In this document: one piece after another, positions 1-12,792 of the stretch
How the letters are laid out: the number at the start of each line of letters is the position of its first letter
Position numbering within the stretch: the first letter of the stretch is position 1
Assembly: GCA_963693365.1 (NCBI GenBank)
Contig: CAVNZM010000014.1
Coordinates: 4,464,001 to 4,528,000, forward strand
Direction of reading: 5' to 3'
Source: Amoebidium appalachense
Taxonomy: Eukaryota > Protista > Ichthyosporea
DNA: 64,000 nucleotides
Translations under genes and position numbers: made by a program
The notes under the pieces: generated by a model
What the model saw: only the letters and a program-made list of their open reading frames with translations
Database searches by the model: none
Told to the model about the DNA's origin: nothing

Positions 1-699
1 CATGCATGGCGGCATAAACTTTCACTAAGGTAAACATACGTCTTCATACTCCAACACTGTACATAGATGCCACAAAATTAAAGCAAGCACTGTACATATA
101 CATATCAGAGCACTGTGTGCATTGTGTGCATGCATGCCTGCTGGAACTCACACCAATAATAACGGCTACTTATAATCTATTCGCCATTAACACGTGCCCG
201 CAGCCGATACCACGTGCACACTGTGCATGCATGGTGGGCGGCCCGGCCTTATACATCATACGGCACGATATGTACACGGCCAGTGCTCTATACATGATTG
301 ATCCCCCCCCCCCCCCCCCCCCCCCCTCTATACAGGTGTCTGTGTGTGCGTGCACACGTACGTATATACGTCTCGGTCCAACGACCATGTGTGCATGTGT
401 GTGCACGTATACACGTGGCAAACACGTGCACAGTGCCACCCTTCATGTGCTGTGGCCACACTAGTGTCAAACGGGGTGTGTGGCACTGTTTTGAGGTGTG
501 CCGTGCTGCCCCCCATGCACAGGCCCAGGGCGCCTGCAGCCACCTGCCTGGGGGCCTGCCCCAGCCATGCCGCCTGCCTAGCACCCAGTCTGCCCCTGTA
601 CGTGCACATATGAATCATCAGCAAACATGACTTAATCTTCTCCCCACGGCTTAGCTACCTCCCCCACCCCCCTCAAAAAAAAAAAACAAAAAAAACAAA

Positions 700-740
<41 letters not shown>

Positions 741-947
741 ACACACACACACCCGCCCGCCCACCACCCTTACCCCCAACCCTCTTCTTCTTGCCTTGGC
801 CGCCGCCTCCATACCTCGAAGAGCAAACAGAAAAGAAGAAAAACATACGAACAAACTGCATCGCTTGAATTGCAAAGCGATCATCCTAAACCTTACATTA
901 TCGTGCCCTCAATAACCCCTACACTAGAGCCTCTCCACTGCACCCAC

Positions 948-2135
948 CTATGATGTCCTTGACACGTGGTAGTTCTTGCCAAAGTTGCTGTCCCAGAACT
1001 CCCTCCCTGCCGTCTGCAACCCACTACCTGTCAAATATCTCATATAGAGAGGAATACATCGCTGTTCATTGCCGTGCAAACATGTGAAGCATGCAGAATT
1101 GCACCTTAAGAGTCGCAAGGCGGGGAGGTGTGTGTGTATGGTTGTGTGTGTTTGGGTGGGTGGGTGTGGGGGGGAGGGGGGGAGGGGAGACTCAAGACAA
1201 ATTACGTGTTCAGATTTCCATAGTGGACTTGTGTGTGTGTGCATGTGTGTGTGTGTGTGTGTTTGTGCAAATATGTGTGTGTGTGTGTGTGTATTTTGTG
1301 CGTGTACGTGTGGGGTGTATGTGTGCGCGTGGGGGTATACGTGCGTGTGCACACATGCAAAGCACACGCGCGGGTGCAACACAAACATACACACACCCCC
1401 ATCAATAAGCATACTCATGCACACCCCTGTTCACATGCACCTGCACTACACTCAAGCCATTCACATGGCATACTCCCCTCCCCACCCCCCCCCCACCCCC
1501 CCCCCCTCCCCTCTCCCCTTCCCACCCGCACCCACACACACTGTGGCACAGCCATGCACACCCACACCCAGCCACCCACCTGGTATCTGACAGCCAGTTG
1601 CACTGCTGGTGCGTTGCCCACATCCAGTGTGAAGTACCACGTCTCATTGCCTGTGCACACACCTTTAGCACACCGCAACAGCATGCTTGGAATAGGGAGA
1701 TAGAAAGAAAAAACCTTCAGAAGGTGAACATGGAGAAAAAGGAGCAAAACGAACACCAGCAAACAGAGGGAAGGAAACAGTGGCTAGGGAAGGGAAGGAG
1801 ATTTTGGCAAAGGGAGGGAAGCAAACAGTGGCAATGAAGGGAAGGGCACTATAGCACACAGGTGTTAAACATCAGACAAAAGTCCCACCAGACCACCTTT
1901 ACTGTGTGCAGGGCATTGGATTTACCTCCGTTGATGGTGTTTGGGTTATTTGCGCTGCTGTACCAGGACATCCACTGATCCTTGGAGTACCGCGCTGCAG
2001 CCGTGCGCACCGTGGCCCAGTTGTCCACCGTGTACACAACATCCACACGCTGAACCAGACACTCAGTAAACACCATGCCCGTCTCCCCCTTCCCCCCCCC
2101 CCCCCCTCTTCCCGTCCCCCACTCCCATTCTCCCC

Positions 2136-2166
<31 letters not shown>

Positions 2167-2674
2167 ACACGCCCCACCATCACCACCACCACCTGCTGCG
2201 CACATATTCCCATGTGGCACACTAACATGTGCCTCTATGCATGTGTGCCTGCCTCCAGTTTATGTGCCTGTCCGGCCCGCGTGTACGTGTGCATATGGCC
2301 ACATGTGCATGCGCCCATGTGTGGCTGTGCACGTATGTGGATGCACACGTGCTCGATGTGTGACTGTGTGCACGTGCTCTATGTGTGGATGTGTGCCTAT
2401 GCTCCGTGTGTGGCTGCGTGCACGTGTACAATGGGTGGCTGTGCCATGTCTGGGGCATACCTTATCCACGGCCAGGTTTTTGAGCACCACGTATCCCCCC
2501 AGTTGCGTCTGTCCCCCGTGTCAGCATCAGAACAGCATAGCACGACATCCACGTGCACACACGGCTAGCTGTCCACCAAGCAATGCCTAACCAATCATCT
2601 GGCTACATTCTATACATCCATACATGGACGTAACCACAAGCACGTGTACATGAAACGAACCTATACTCCCCCCC

Positions 2675-2705
<31 letters not shown>

Positions 2706-2723
2706 AAAAGATAAGATAAAAAT

Positions 2724-2785
<62 letters not shown>

Positions 2786-2901
2786 TCACCTCGTCCGGCC
2801 TCAGTGTTGGGCCTGTTCTGTTGAGGGGTGTGAGGTAGTGCACGTTGTCGTAGTACAGAATCCTGCTCCCACACAGTCAGCTTGATTGCTAACACCTGTA
2901 A

Positions 2902-2939
<38 letters not shown>

Positions 2940-3696
2940 TTTCGGGGCGCCCCAAAAACACACACACACAATACACACATACAAGCCCTTTCCCTCCCCC
3001 AACCACCATGCCTATTCAGCCCCCCCCCCCCCCCCCCCTCCCCTCCCCCTCCCTCCCTTCTTCCCCCCCTCCCCCCCCCCCCCCCCCCCCCCCATCCCGA
3101 ACTCCCCAAATAGTGCAAAACCACTACAATGACCTCCACAAACACAAAACACAAACTCATGTAGGGAGGTGAAAGCAGCCACAGGCAAACAAGCACAAGC
3201 AACATCCAGCATGGTATGATAAAGGGGGTGGGGGTGGGGTGGGCGGTGGGGTGTGTGTGTGTGTGTGGGGGGGGGGGGGGGGTTTGAATGGGTCATAAAG
3301 TACGAAGTACACAAGAACAACGGATACCAGGGGGAGGGTAACACGTACTCTCCACAATCCAATGGAATGGTATAGAACATCTTTAGAAAGTCATCCACAA
3401 AACCTGCAACCCATATGCGGTCAGTGGATGTTCGTGCAAGCGTGTTCTGGGTATAAGTTTAAGGGAACCCCCGAGACATACGAAGCATAGGCAATTTTTT
3501 ATTGAGACACCAACAAAAAACTTTTTCGGGAGAGGGGAAGGGGGCCAAGATATGGTAGGTTTGATTATGTCAGCCTGCCTATTCCTAATGCATGAACACA
3601 GTGTCAATCAGTCGGGTTCCATGTGTGTTTTAGGTCCAATCTCGTTAATGGTGGCCATGGTCGCGCCCAGCACGTGTTGGCAATTGTCCATGTGCA

Positions 3697-3767
<71 letters not shown>

Positions 3768-4447
3768 ATAAGTATGTGTGAAGGCGTGAGTGTGTGTTTT
3801 TGTACGTGCATCCCTGCATCCCTGTGCAGGTAGGTGTATGTGCAGTTGGGCTTCAGCAAGAGATGGGATGACCAAAAAACTGGACTCCTCCCCTCCCCCC
3901 CTTCCCCCACATCCTGCCACCCGCTCCGTCTCTCTCAGTATATGGAAGAGGGCGGGCGCCGTGCACGCAAACCTACATGCTGAGAGTGAATGTAGCAGCG
4001 ATTTGTGTGTGTGTGTGCAAGGTTACAGGTGCATGTGTGTTTAGATGTGTGCAGGGTTGCATTTGATGGTGTGTGTGTGTATGTGTGCGGGGTTGCATTT
4101 GATGATGTGTGTGTGTATGTGTGCGGGGTTGCATTTGATGATGTGTGTGTGTATGTGTGCGAGGTTGCATTTGATGACGTGTGTGTGTATGTGTGCGGGG
4201 TTGCATTTGATGATGTGTGTGTGTATGTGTGCAGGGTTGCATTTGATGATGTGTGTTTAGATGTGTGCAGGGTTGCACGTACACTTCCCGTCGTCGGAGT
4301 TTCTAACCACTACGGATACCCGGTCCAGTCGTGTTGGCCTAAACCGCAACTGCTCAGCCCGTCAGTCACCACACCTTCTAACTGATTACCTGCCTACGCA
4401 ACTCTCAAGTTCTCGGCCCACGGCCCAAACGATAGAGAAATCCTCCC

Positions 4448-4503
<56 letters not shown>

Positions 4504-6574
4504 ACCCCCAAAAAAAAAAAGAAGAAGAAGAAGAAGAAGCAAAAGGAAAGGTAAAGAAAAGAAGGAAAGCAAAGGAAAGCAAAGGAAAGCAAAGGAAAAA
4601 GAAAAGAAGAAGGAGAAAAAGAGACAATTTTTTCCCCTGCTCCCAAAGCAACAGATGAATAACCCGAGGACAGTCCATGCATGAACACAACAGCAATTAT
4701 TAAAACACTAAACATAAATTGGTGACCGACCCACCCAACCACTCGCCCTTTCTCATGCCCCCCTTCCCCCCCCCCCCCCCCCCCCCTCCTCCCCCCCAGA
4801 AAAACCTTGTCCCCCCCCCCCCCCCTTTTTTCATGCGCACACCTGGGATGCGAATTTGTGGAACTGTTCCCAATCTAGACACCAGCGCTCCAGTGATGGG
4901 TCCCCCGTGGGCTCCATAAACTTGAACTCTCCACAGAAGTCCGCACTGCACCCATCCATCAGTTCCCACCAGTAAACTCGCCTCTGCCCCCTGAACTGAC
5001 CCTGCAGCAATTAACTTTCTAAGCCGAGTGTGGCAGTCCACACAGTCACCCGCTTAATCCCCCCAGATAACTGAAAACATCTCAGACTGTCTTTGGCTCC
5101 ATAAACGCTGCACCCTCCTTAGCCAAATTCGCTCCGCTCTCAACCCACTATTGCCCCCCTCCCCCCCCCCCCCCCCCCCGCGCCCTCTTCCCCGCTTTCC
5201 CCTCCCCTCGAGTTGCTTTCCTCGACCCCACCTATACAGACCAAGTGAGCACACACCCCCACCAACACACAGCACACAACACAGGGACATATGCAAGCAC
5301 GGCCACATATAAATCCCACCCCGCCAGTGCCGATGAAGTGAAATAACATGTAAACTACACCTAAAGTGCCACATCCAGCACCCGAAAGCAGGCCGTGATG
5401 CACCAGCGTTTTGCAGGTACCCTACCCCCCCCCCCCCCCCCCCCCCCCGGGTGGCCAGGCCCTTTCCTCCCGCCACCCTCTCCACCGTACCCCTTGCGCC
5501 CTGCAGGCCCCCTTCTCCCATCTCCGCCCCCAACCGCCCTCGACACACCAACACATGCCTTCCCACCCCGAACCCCCAGGAAACACTCACTATCCATCTT
5601 GGTCGTCCCTTGCCTCTCCAAACATCAAAACACGTTTCCGCTCCCCCACCGGCCCCACCTGCAACCCATGTTGTTATCGTCAATCAAACCGATTCAAGCA
5701 TGCATCAATATAAACTAAAAGATCTCAAAACTTACTGATAATGGTCTGTTGTTCTGTGATTATTGCCGTCAGCGAAAGTCTAGCTGAGAAGCTCAACACT
5801 ATCCTTTCCAGATCCCAACCCCGTCGAGAGTCCCGCTGAAGTCCGGTAACATGGAACCTCCTCACCTCCCACAGGCAACACACCACGAAGAAAGCGTGTG
5901 TGTGCACTTTTGGGATAGCCACATACGCAACACAGACACCGTCTATGCCATGCTGCACAGATCCACTTTCCACCGTACCCCTCTAGCACTCCAGCACTAC
6001 AGTAAGCCGGTACAGCCCTTGAACCAAGCAAAGTCTGCCCAGCATTCCCCTCTAAATCTCCCTCCACCACTACCCCCTCACAACTCCCACACTTGAAGTA
6101 AGACCAATGGAAACACCACACACACACACAACACATACACACGAAAAAAAACACGAGCACAGCCAGGACTCAAAAGGGTAGCAAATGGTGCAAGGCACCT
6201 ACGACCCACACATTGCTAAGGCACCGTGACAGTGCTATACACACGTCGTTAACAGCACCTTCACAAAACTCCGCATCACCACACCCAACCCAAATCTACC
6301 TCAAAAAAGCGCATAGTATCGCAAAGACCTTCATCTCTGCCACCCATAACGTTCCCCCCTCCCTCCCTCCCCCTCCCCCCTTCCCTCGACCCCTCGCCCC
6401 CTCCCCTCCTCCTCCCCCCCCTTCCCCCCCCCCCCCCCCCCCCCGCCCCCTCTTCTCCAGATCTCGTTAAGCACACATACACACCAGCGCATCTGCCGAA
6501 AAGCTGTAAGTGTGCTGGCCGTAGCGCCTGGTGGTGGTGGCGTGGACGCTCCACAGGCGGATGGGTTGGCTCAT
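948..6574 (-). CDS. Stand-alone tandem CBM21-like (starch/glycogen-binding) protein, 254 aa, 10 exons
   Basis: Exons 6485-6574, 5591-5658, 4843-4945, 4283-4349, 3349-3403, 2790-2862, 2461-2508, 1926-2049, 1580-1650, 948-1013. All are GT-AG and phase-consistent, with no internal stop. The C-terminal half (LGGYVVLKNLAVDKRVDVVYTVDNWATV...ETWYFTLDVG..VQLAVRYQTAGREFWDSNFGKNY) matches the CBM21 pattern (V.NLA..K.V.V.YT.DNW / FAV.Y...G.E.WDNN.G.NY). The N-terminal half looks like a diverged copy. Confidence 0.8.
4010..4278. repeat. 36-bp minisatellite, about 7 copies (GATGTGTGTGTGTATGTGTGCGGGGTTGCATTTGAT)
   Basis: Directly visible tandem units. The array abuts the minus-strand donor at 4281-4282. 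Confidence 0.9.
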
Positions 6575-6959
6575 GGCCTCTGTATGTGCTGGGCCAGGCT
6601 CGGATAGCACTGCCCACCCCCTACCATACCCCTACAAGTCCAACCAACCCCTTTGCTTGCTCCTCCATAGAGTTTGATGTTATTACCATTAGTGTTCTTC
6701 CTCCTGCGCGCGTTTTTCCTCGCCACAGCGCACAACCGGTTCACTAGGCACTGGGCTATATCCCTCCTCTTTCCTCCCGTGCTTTTCCCGTTAAACTCTC
6801 TCCGTTCACTCTCTCTTGGGGCAACACTGCTGACATACGTTAGAGTCACGTTGAAGTGTGCGGGCGGCGGCCGCAGGAATCATATCATATGATCAGTCCA
6901 GCCAGAATTTTTTAAATTATTAGCTGCCAAATATGGCAAGTGCGCCAGTTCACACCATG

Positions 6960-7920
6960 ACGACCAATCAAATAGCGCTGGTGCATGTGACCAAAATACT
7001 TCCACCAATCAAAACGGCGTGCCTTGTAACACATCGATCTGGCGGTCACGTTCAAAGATCAGGTGCACGGCCATCTTGAACAGTTGCATGAACGGCCCGT
7101 GTCAGTTACCCAACAAACACGTGTGCACGTGTTGTGTGGCGTTTGCACCAAAGTATGACTCATACTGCTATACACGGTGTCATGAAATATACCAAATAGT
7201 GGGTACTAATAGTAGAATACCAAAAATATGGCTCTTTATCCTTATTTCCACAATTTTCATTGTGGTCCAGACTATGTCTTCAACAATCTATATAATAGTT
7301 GTTGCAGGGTTGCTGTGCTGGTTCACCATAGCTATGCAAAATGAGCTCAATGGCTACGGCGAGGCTCGGCGCTCGCCCCGGCTTGGCTCGTTTTTCTCGC
7401 CTCGCCATGGCCAGGACCATCCGGTATCTTCGAACGATCGCACTTGAATCTCGTGTTTTGGCGTCACGAAGCGGAATACATCGCTCCAGCGAACAGTATC
7501 GTGTTGCAGATCTAGGTAGAAAAGATGATTGGCAGACGATCACATGTTTTATAGATCCATGCGCCTGCGCTTTCTATGATTTAATTCATTAAAGTTCCCG
7601 TGGCCAATCAGCAATGTACAATTGTCGACAGGTGATCTAACGCTAAATGCACCAATCACATAATGCCATTTGCGATTACATGTCACCAGGAGCTTTTGCT
7701 CGGTAAGGCTTTGCTTTTTTCCCAAGGCTTTTGATTGGCCAAGAGGACCGAAGCTCTCCTAGATCCGGTTAGATTGGCGCACCTGATTGGTGCCGTGATC
7801 CATCTAGTACGATTTTATTAGCCCTTCAAAGATAGTCGGTGATGTACCCCCTCTGCACTGGCCCCTTTAACGATTGGTAAACGCTTTTTGGTAAAAAATG
7901 AGGACGCTATAGGCCAATCA
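6960..7920. promoter_or_regulatory. CCAAT-box cluster, probable promoter region upstream of the CBM21-like gene
   Basis: Ten CCAATC/GATTGG motifs (6964, 7005, 7528, 7604, 7652, 7734, 7773, 7786, 7873, 7914) in repeat-free, CpG-containing sequence 5' of the gene start. Confidence 0.5.
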
Positions 7921-9139
7921 TCGCCGGAATCTCAGTTTAAAGTTCTTGCCGAATAAGCGTTCTGTTGGTTGTAAACTTTATGAATACATATTTATAATTT
8001 ATACCGAAATAAGTGATTGTGGCACCCATTTTTTTGTGATCCGCTCGGATAATCGCATATACTGTTCCCCAATTTTGCGCCCCGACACTGACTTCACGTA
8101 CGTGCGTCGCGGGTGCCTTTTGGGACAGTCGGTTTGGTTTTTTTTTGCTGATAATACCCATATTTTTTAATTAATTAGGTTTTTGATACATGTATACAGC
8201 AACTATGTTTTAGCATTGATATATTTACATGTATTTGTTATGGTTTTTGCGGGCATTGTTGTTCAGGCCCCATCTGGTTACCAAGCTGGTTACCGAGAGC
8301 CTGTGCCAGATCGGAAAATGTGCGTGTACTCAGATCTGCACTGTGAGTGTGTGGTGTGTGCGTGCGTGCGTGCGTGCACGGGTGTACTTTGTTGTGTCAC
8401 ACACCTGTGGGCATGTGGGCCGAATTCAATTATGTGCCACGATTGAGTACTGCATTTGCGGTCAGCGCGTACAGTAGATAGAGTATAACACCGTGCGGAA
8501 CGGACTTCTGTACTAAGTGAATTTATTGACTGTTCCGGTGCCTGGCTCAGCCTTGAACACCGATGCTATCACAATTGCCACGACACACGGAGAGTAAAAA
8601 TGGCGCTCACGAGAGCGTGCTGCATTCATTCCTGGCCCACACATGCCACGCCGAGCAGATATCTTGTCTAGTCCACCAATAGATGTTACAGTATGTACAA
8701 TGCATGCAAGGAGTCATTCGCCTGGCTTCAGCCACTGGGAGTCCCCTAATCCCCTCCTAAGAAAGTCCTGTGAAGACAAACACACAAACACAAAAACACA
8801 AACGAATTAAGAAAACAAAACAAAAGAAATAAAATGAATCCAGAGGGTTGGGAGGAACTTGAAATTAAAAGGTAAACGCTGTCACACAGAGCTGACACCT
8901 AACTCTAGTAACATTGTTGCGACAAAGCTGTACTCACCGGGACCACCCTTCAAATATTATGCAACAATCACAAATAGGTGGTGCAGGGAACAAATATGTT
9001 CTACGATAAAAAAATCCTGTTCATTGAAAAGAACGCAGGAAAAAATGGGCGAAAATGACCCCCTCCTCATTAAAGAGAAGGCAGGCCCACACCCTCCAGC
9101 TGAGCCTTGATCTCCCCATCGTCCACATAGCCCCTAAGC

Positions 9140-9375
9140 CTACACAGTGTCATCTGCATCCACCTGTTCTTAGCCCCTGCATCCCAAACGGAAAGGGCAT
9201 GCTGACTCTGCCCCCTCCCCCCCCTCCCCCCCCCCCCCCCCCCCGGCCCCCCCCTCTCCCCTCCCCCCTCCCCAGACCCAACCCCAGGAACTCGTACACA
9301 CACACACACACATACTCACAAGCAAAAGTGACTACATAACACCTGAGGAAGATGCACGAATGAACGATGAGGAAG

Positions 9376-9425
<50 letters not shown>

Positions 9426-9814
9426 AAAACCACCACGCCGAGGACCCAACAAACAGAATGGGGTTCGAGAACACACAAATCGCATGGGCTTTTAAGTTCA
9501 CGAGCTGAAGTGTGTGTCGTGTGCATGCACCGCGCGATGCACAAGGGAGGGGGAGGGAGGGGGCACTGACCGTGATACCACCAAGATGTGTCTTTCGGGG
9601 ACTTCTTTGCTCTCACCACGTATGAGTCGTTGTCTGGTGGCCGTTTCTGAAGCGCGACAGGGCTGGAGTCAGCACAGGCACACAGGCCATGGCCAAACAC
9701 CGTACGGTGCCAATAATCGCCCCGGCACTAGAGTGATCGCGAACAATCACACACGCACCACCCACACACGTAACATAACAAAAATAAAACCAACACGATT
9801 ACATGTACGCACAA

Positions 9815-9847
<33 letters not shown>

Positions 9848-10312
9848 TTTTTACCCACAACCCCCTTTTTTTTCACCCCGGGAGAGAGGGGGGGGGGGGG
9901 GGGATAAAGAAAGGAAAGGAGAGAAAGCAACAAAGGAGGCAAGGACGGGGGGATATGGGGGAGCACACATATATACACACGCCTACACCCACACACAACC
10001 ACGTACGCACACATGCCCTCACGCACCAACACAAACACACACGGATGCGCACACAACCCCATTCGTATTAGCGGATCACAGTGAGACGCAAGCCTTCAAG
10101 GTGGTCCCACCCAGACGGTATCATGGTAACCTATCCTCTCATCCATCCCCCCCCCCTCCCCCCCCCCCCCCCCCCCCCTCTCCCACCTCCTGAGCATACA
10201 TCTCTTTCAGTTTCAAACACTCCACATCCATCAAACCTCGACAGCCACGTCTACTCACCCACACCCACCCACGCCCACACCCACACCCACATTCCCCACC
10301 ACATACACATCC

Positions 10313-10348
<36 letters not shown>

Positions 10349-10632
10349 ACCCACCCACACCCACATTAACCACCCACATACCGGCCCACACCCGCACCCG
10401 CACCCACCCACCTTCTCTGTAGCACTGCTCAGCATGCTTAGAATGCTCAAGCAGATGGACTGCACGGACAGAGCTGGGCTCCAGTGCTGGTACAGAATGT
10501 TGAGGCAGATGTGCCCGTTGCTGCCCAAACTCCCGTCAGAGCTGATTATAAATAACATAAAATACAAAACAAAATAAAACTACGGTGATAAAATGTAAAA
10601 ATAGAAGAAGGTGAGGAAAGGGGGAAAAAAAA

Positions 10633-10666
<34 letters not shown>

Positions 10667-11060
10667 GTGCAGGCAGCCCATCATAAACAGGAGAAGAAGA
10701 CAAAAACAAAATGTCACTGGCAGCATGATATTACAGTTTAAAAGAGATGACACAAACACACACACGAAAACACTTTCTGATCCCCTCCGCCCAAACACAA
10801 GTTACTAAGTGCCTTTGGGAGTATTCTCCCTCACCAGCCGCACACGCACTAGCCTTCGTGCGCACTAGAAACGGGGGGCAAAAAAGAAAGAAAAACACTA
10901 CTAGACAGATTGGCTGGCTGGTGTTCAAGAAAAACTGTTTCCTTCAAGAAAAAACATGCCAGATGTGGCAGGGAGATGAAGAAGGAAGCCCCCCCCCCCC
11001 CCCCCCCCCCCCCCCCCCTTTTCTCTTTCTCTTTTTTTTCATTTTTCATTTTTTTTTTTT

Positions 11061-11103
<43 letters not shown>

Positions 11104-11279
11104 TGATACCCGTATATGTGGTGGTGCACGGGGATATTCTGGCCCACAAACACCACCTGGTTGGGCCCCTGTCAGCTCATACTCGAGCCAGCAGGCAGCC
11201 ACTTACACTATATTAACCTCAGCACCAGACACCACTCTGTTCTGTGCTTGCCGGCCACCCCAATACATCATATAGAAAG

Positions 11280-11314
<35 letters not shown>

Positions 11315-11617
11315 CCCCCCAGCGATCTCCTCCGGATACATCACATAGCTACCGTAGGTCGGTACCCCCCCCCCTCCCCCCCCCCCCCCCCCACACACAC
11401 ACATACCCCCCCAAACACCCCCTCCTCCCCACATACACCCACCCAACCACTTACATACCCCACTCACGTACCCAACATACACACACACACACACACACAG
11501 TCCTATACCAGTTTCTCACTTAGTCAATGCAATGTATATCATATCGGCCTTTGCTGCTCAACTGCCCCTCAGCCCGCACATCCAAACAGATGGTAACCAC
11601 ATCCTGACATATCACCG

Positions 11618-11651
<34 letters not shown>

Positions 11652-12644
11652 CGCTCCCCCCTCCACCCCACAGAAAAAAAAGGTGATTAAAAAACCCCAT
11701 TAAACTACGGCCCTGCAACACTCACGCACGCACGCACATGCCAGGCACGCACCTCTGGGGCCTCAAAGGGGTACTTGCTGCCAAACTTGATCTGCAGCGT
11801 GTACTTCTCCCCCGCATACAGTGTGCCTGCGCACCCATACACCAACATCAACACACCAGACCACATCACACCACACTCCCTACAGCCAAACCACCAAAGC
11901 GCTCACTGTAGGCCCTTTCTCTCCTCTCTACACGTAACTCTTTCTAACCCCCCTTCTAGTTTTTGCTCACTGGTTACTCGCCTTGTATGCACTGTTTCGA
12001 GCTGAGACCCTGGATGCCTACCCCCCTCCCCCTCCCCCCTCTCCTCCCTCCCCCCTAATGGGCCGGATCTCAGGGAACTCCACACTTCGAACTAAGTCCA
12101 CTAACGAGGGAGCACGAGCAAAAACTATAAGAGGATAGACAGAATAAAGTGTGGAGAGGAGAGAGGCCCTACAGCTATTGAAAACCAAAGAACCACGAAT
12201 CAACCCCATGTTCCATAAAAGAAAATGAGAACATCACGATGTGGTGTGATTGAAACCCGAACGTACAGCCGTAGGCAGGGAGAAGCACACTAATACAGGA
12301 AGGCTTTTAAAAGCGGAGGACAAGAAGGGGCAGAGCGGCAGAAATACGGCAGAGGGGCAGCAAAATCTCTCTCTTCGTGTGTTGTGAGTGTGTGGGGTGG
12401 GGTGGAGTGGGGGGTGGAGGGGGGGGGGGGGGGGGAGGGACGGAGTGGGGAGGTGGCAAAGGTGGCAAAGGTATTGATATACACACACACAAGAAGAAGA
12501 AACACTAGGAAAAGGCTTTCATAAACAGAGGTGGGACAGGCGATGGATAGAGCACAAAGAGGAGCAGAGCATCAAGGCAGCCTCTAAAACAGGGAGTGGT
12601 GGGCAACATACCTTCAGCACCAACGATGTCTATCAACCAGCTGT

Positions 12645-12685
<41 letters not shown>

Positions 12686-12739
12686 CACGCGCGCGCACAC
12701 ACATGCGAGTGTGAGTGTGAGTGTGAGTGTGAGTGTTGA

Positions 12740-12792
<53 letters not shown>

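Noticed and set aside
5725-5860. Exon-like segment VRRFHVTGLQRDSRRGWDLERIV... followed by GTAAGT on the minus strand
   Set aside because: The CBM21-like gene splices in phase and colinearly without it, and it has no recognisable motif. A minor alternative exon cannot be excluded.
7019-7447. 142-aa ORF with hydrophobic segments
   Set aside because: It has a GTG start, no recognisable family, and lies in a CCAAT-rich promoter-like region.
7840-7870. Kolobok-like right end (...CACTGGCCCCTTTAA)
   Set aside because: No matching left TIR was found nearby.
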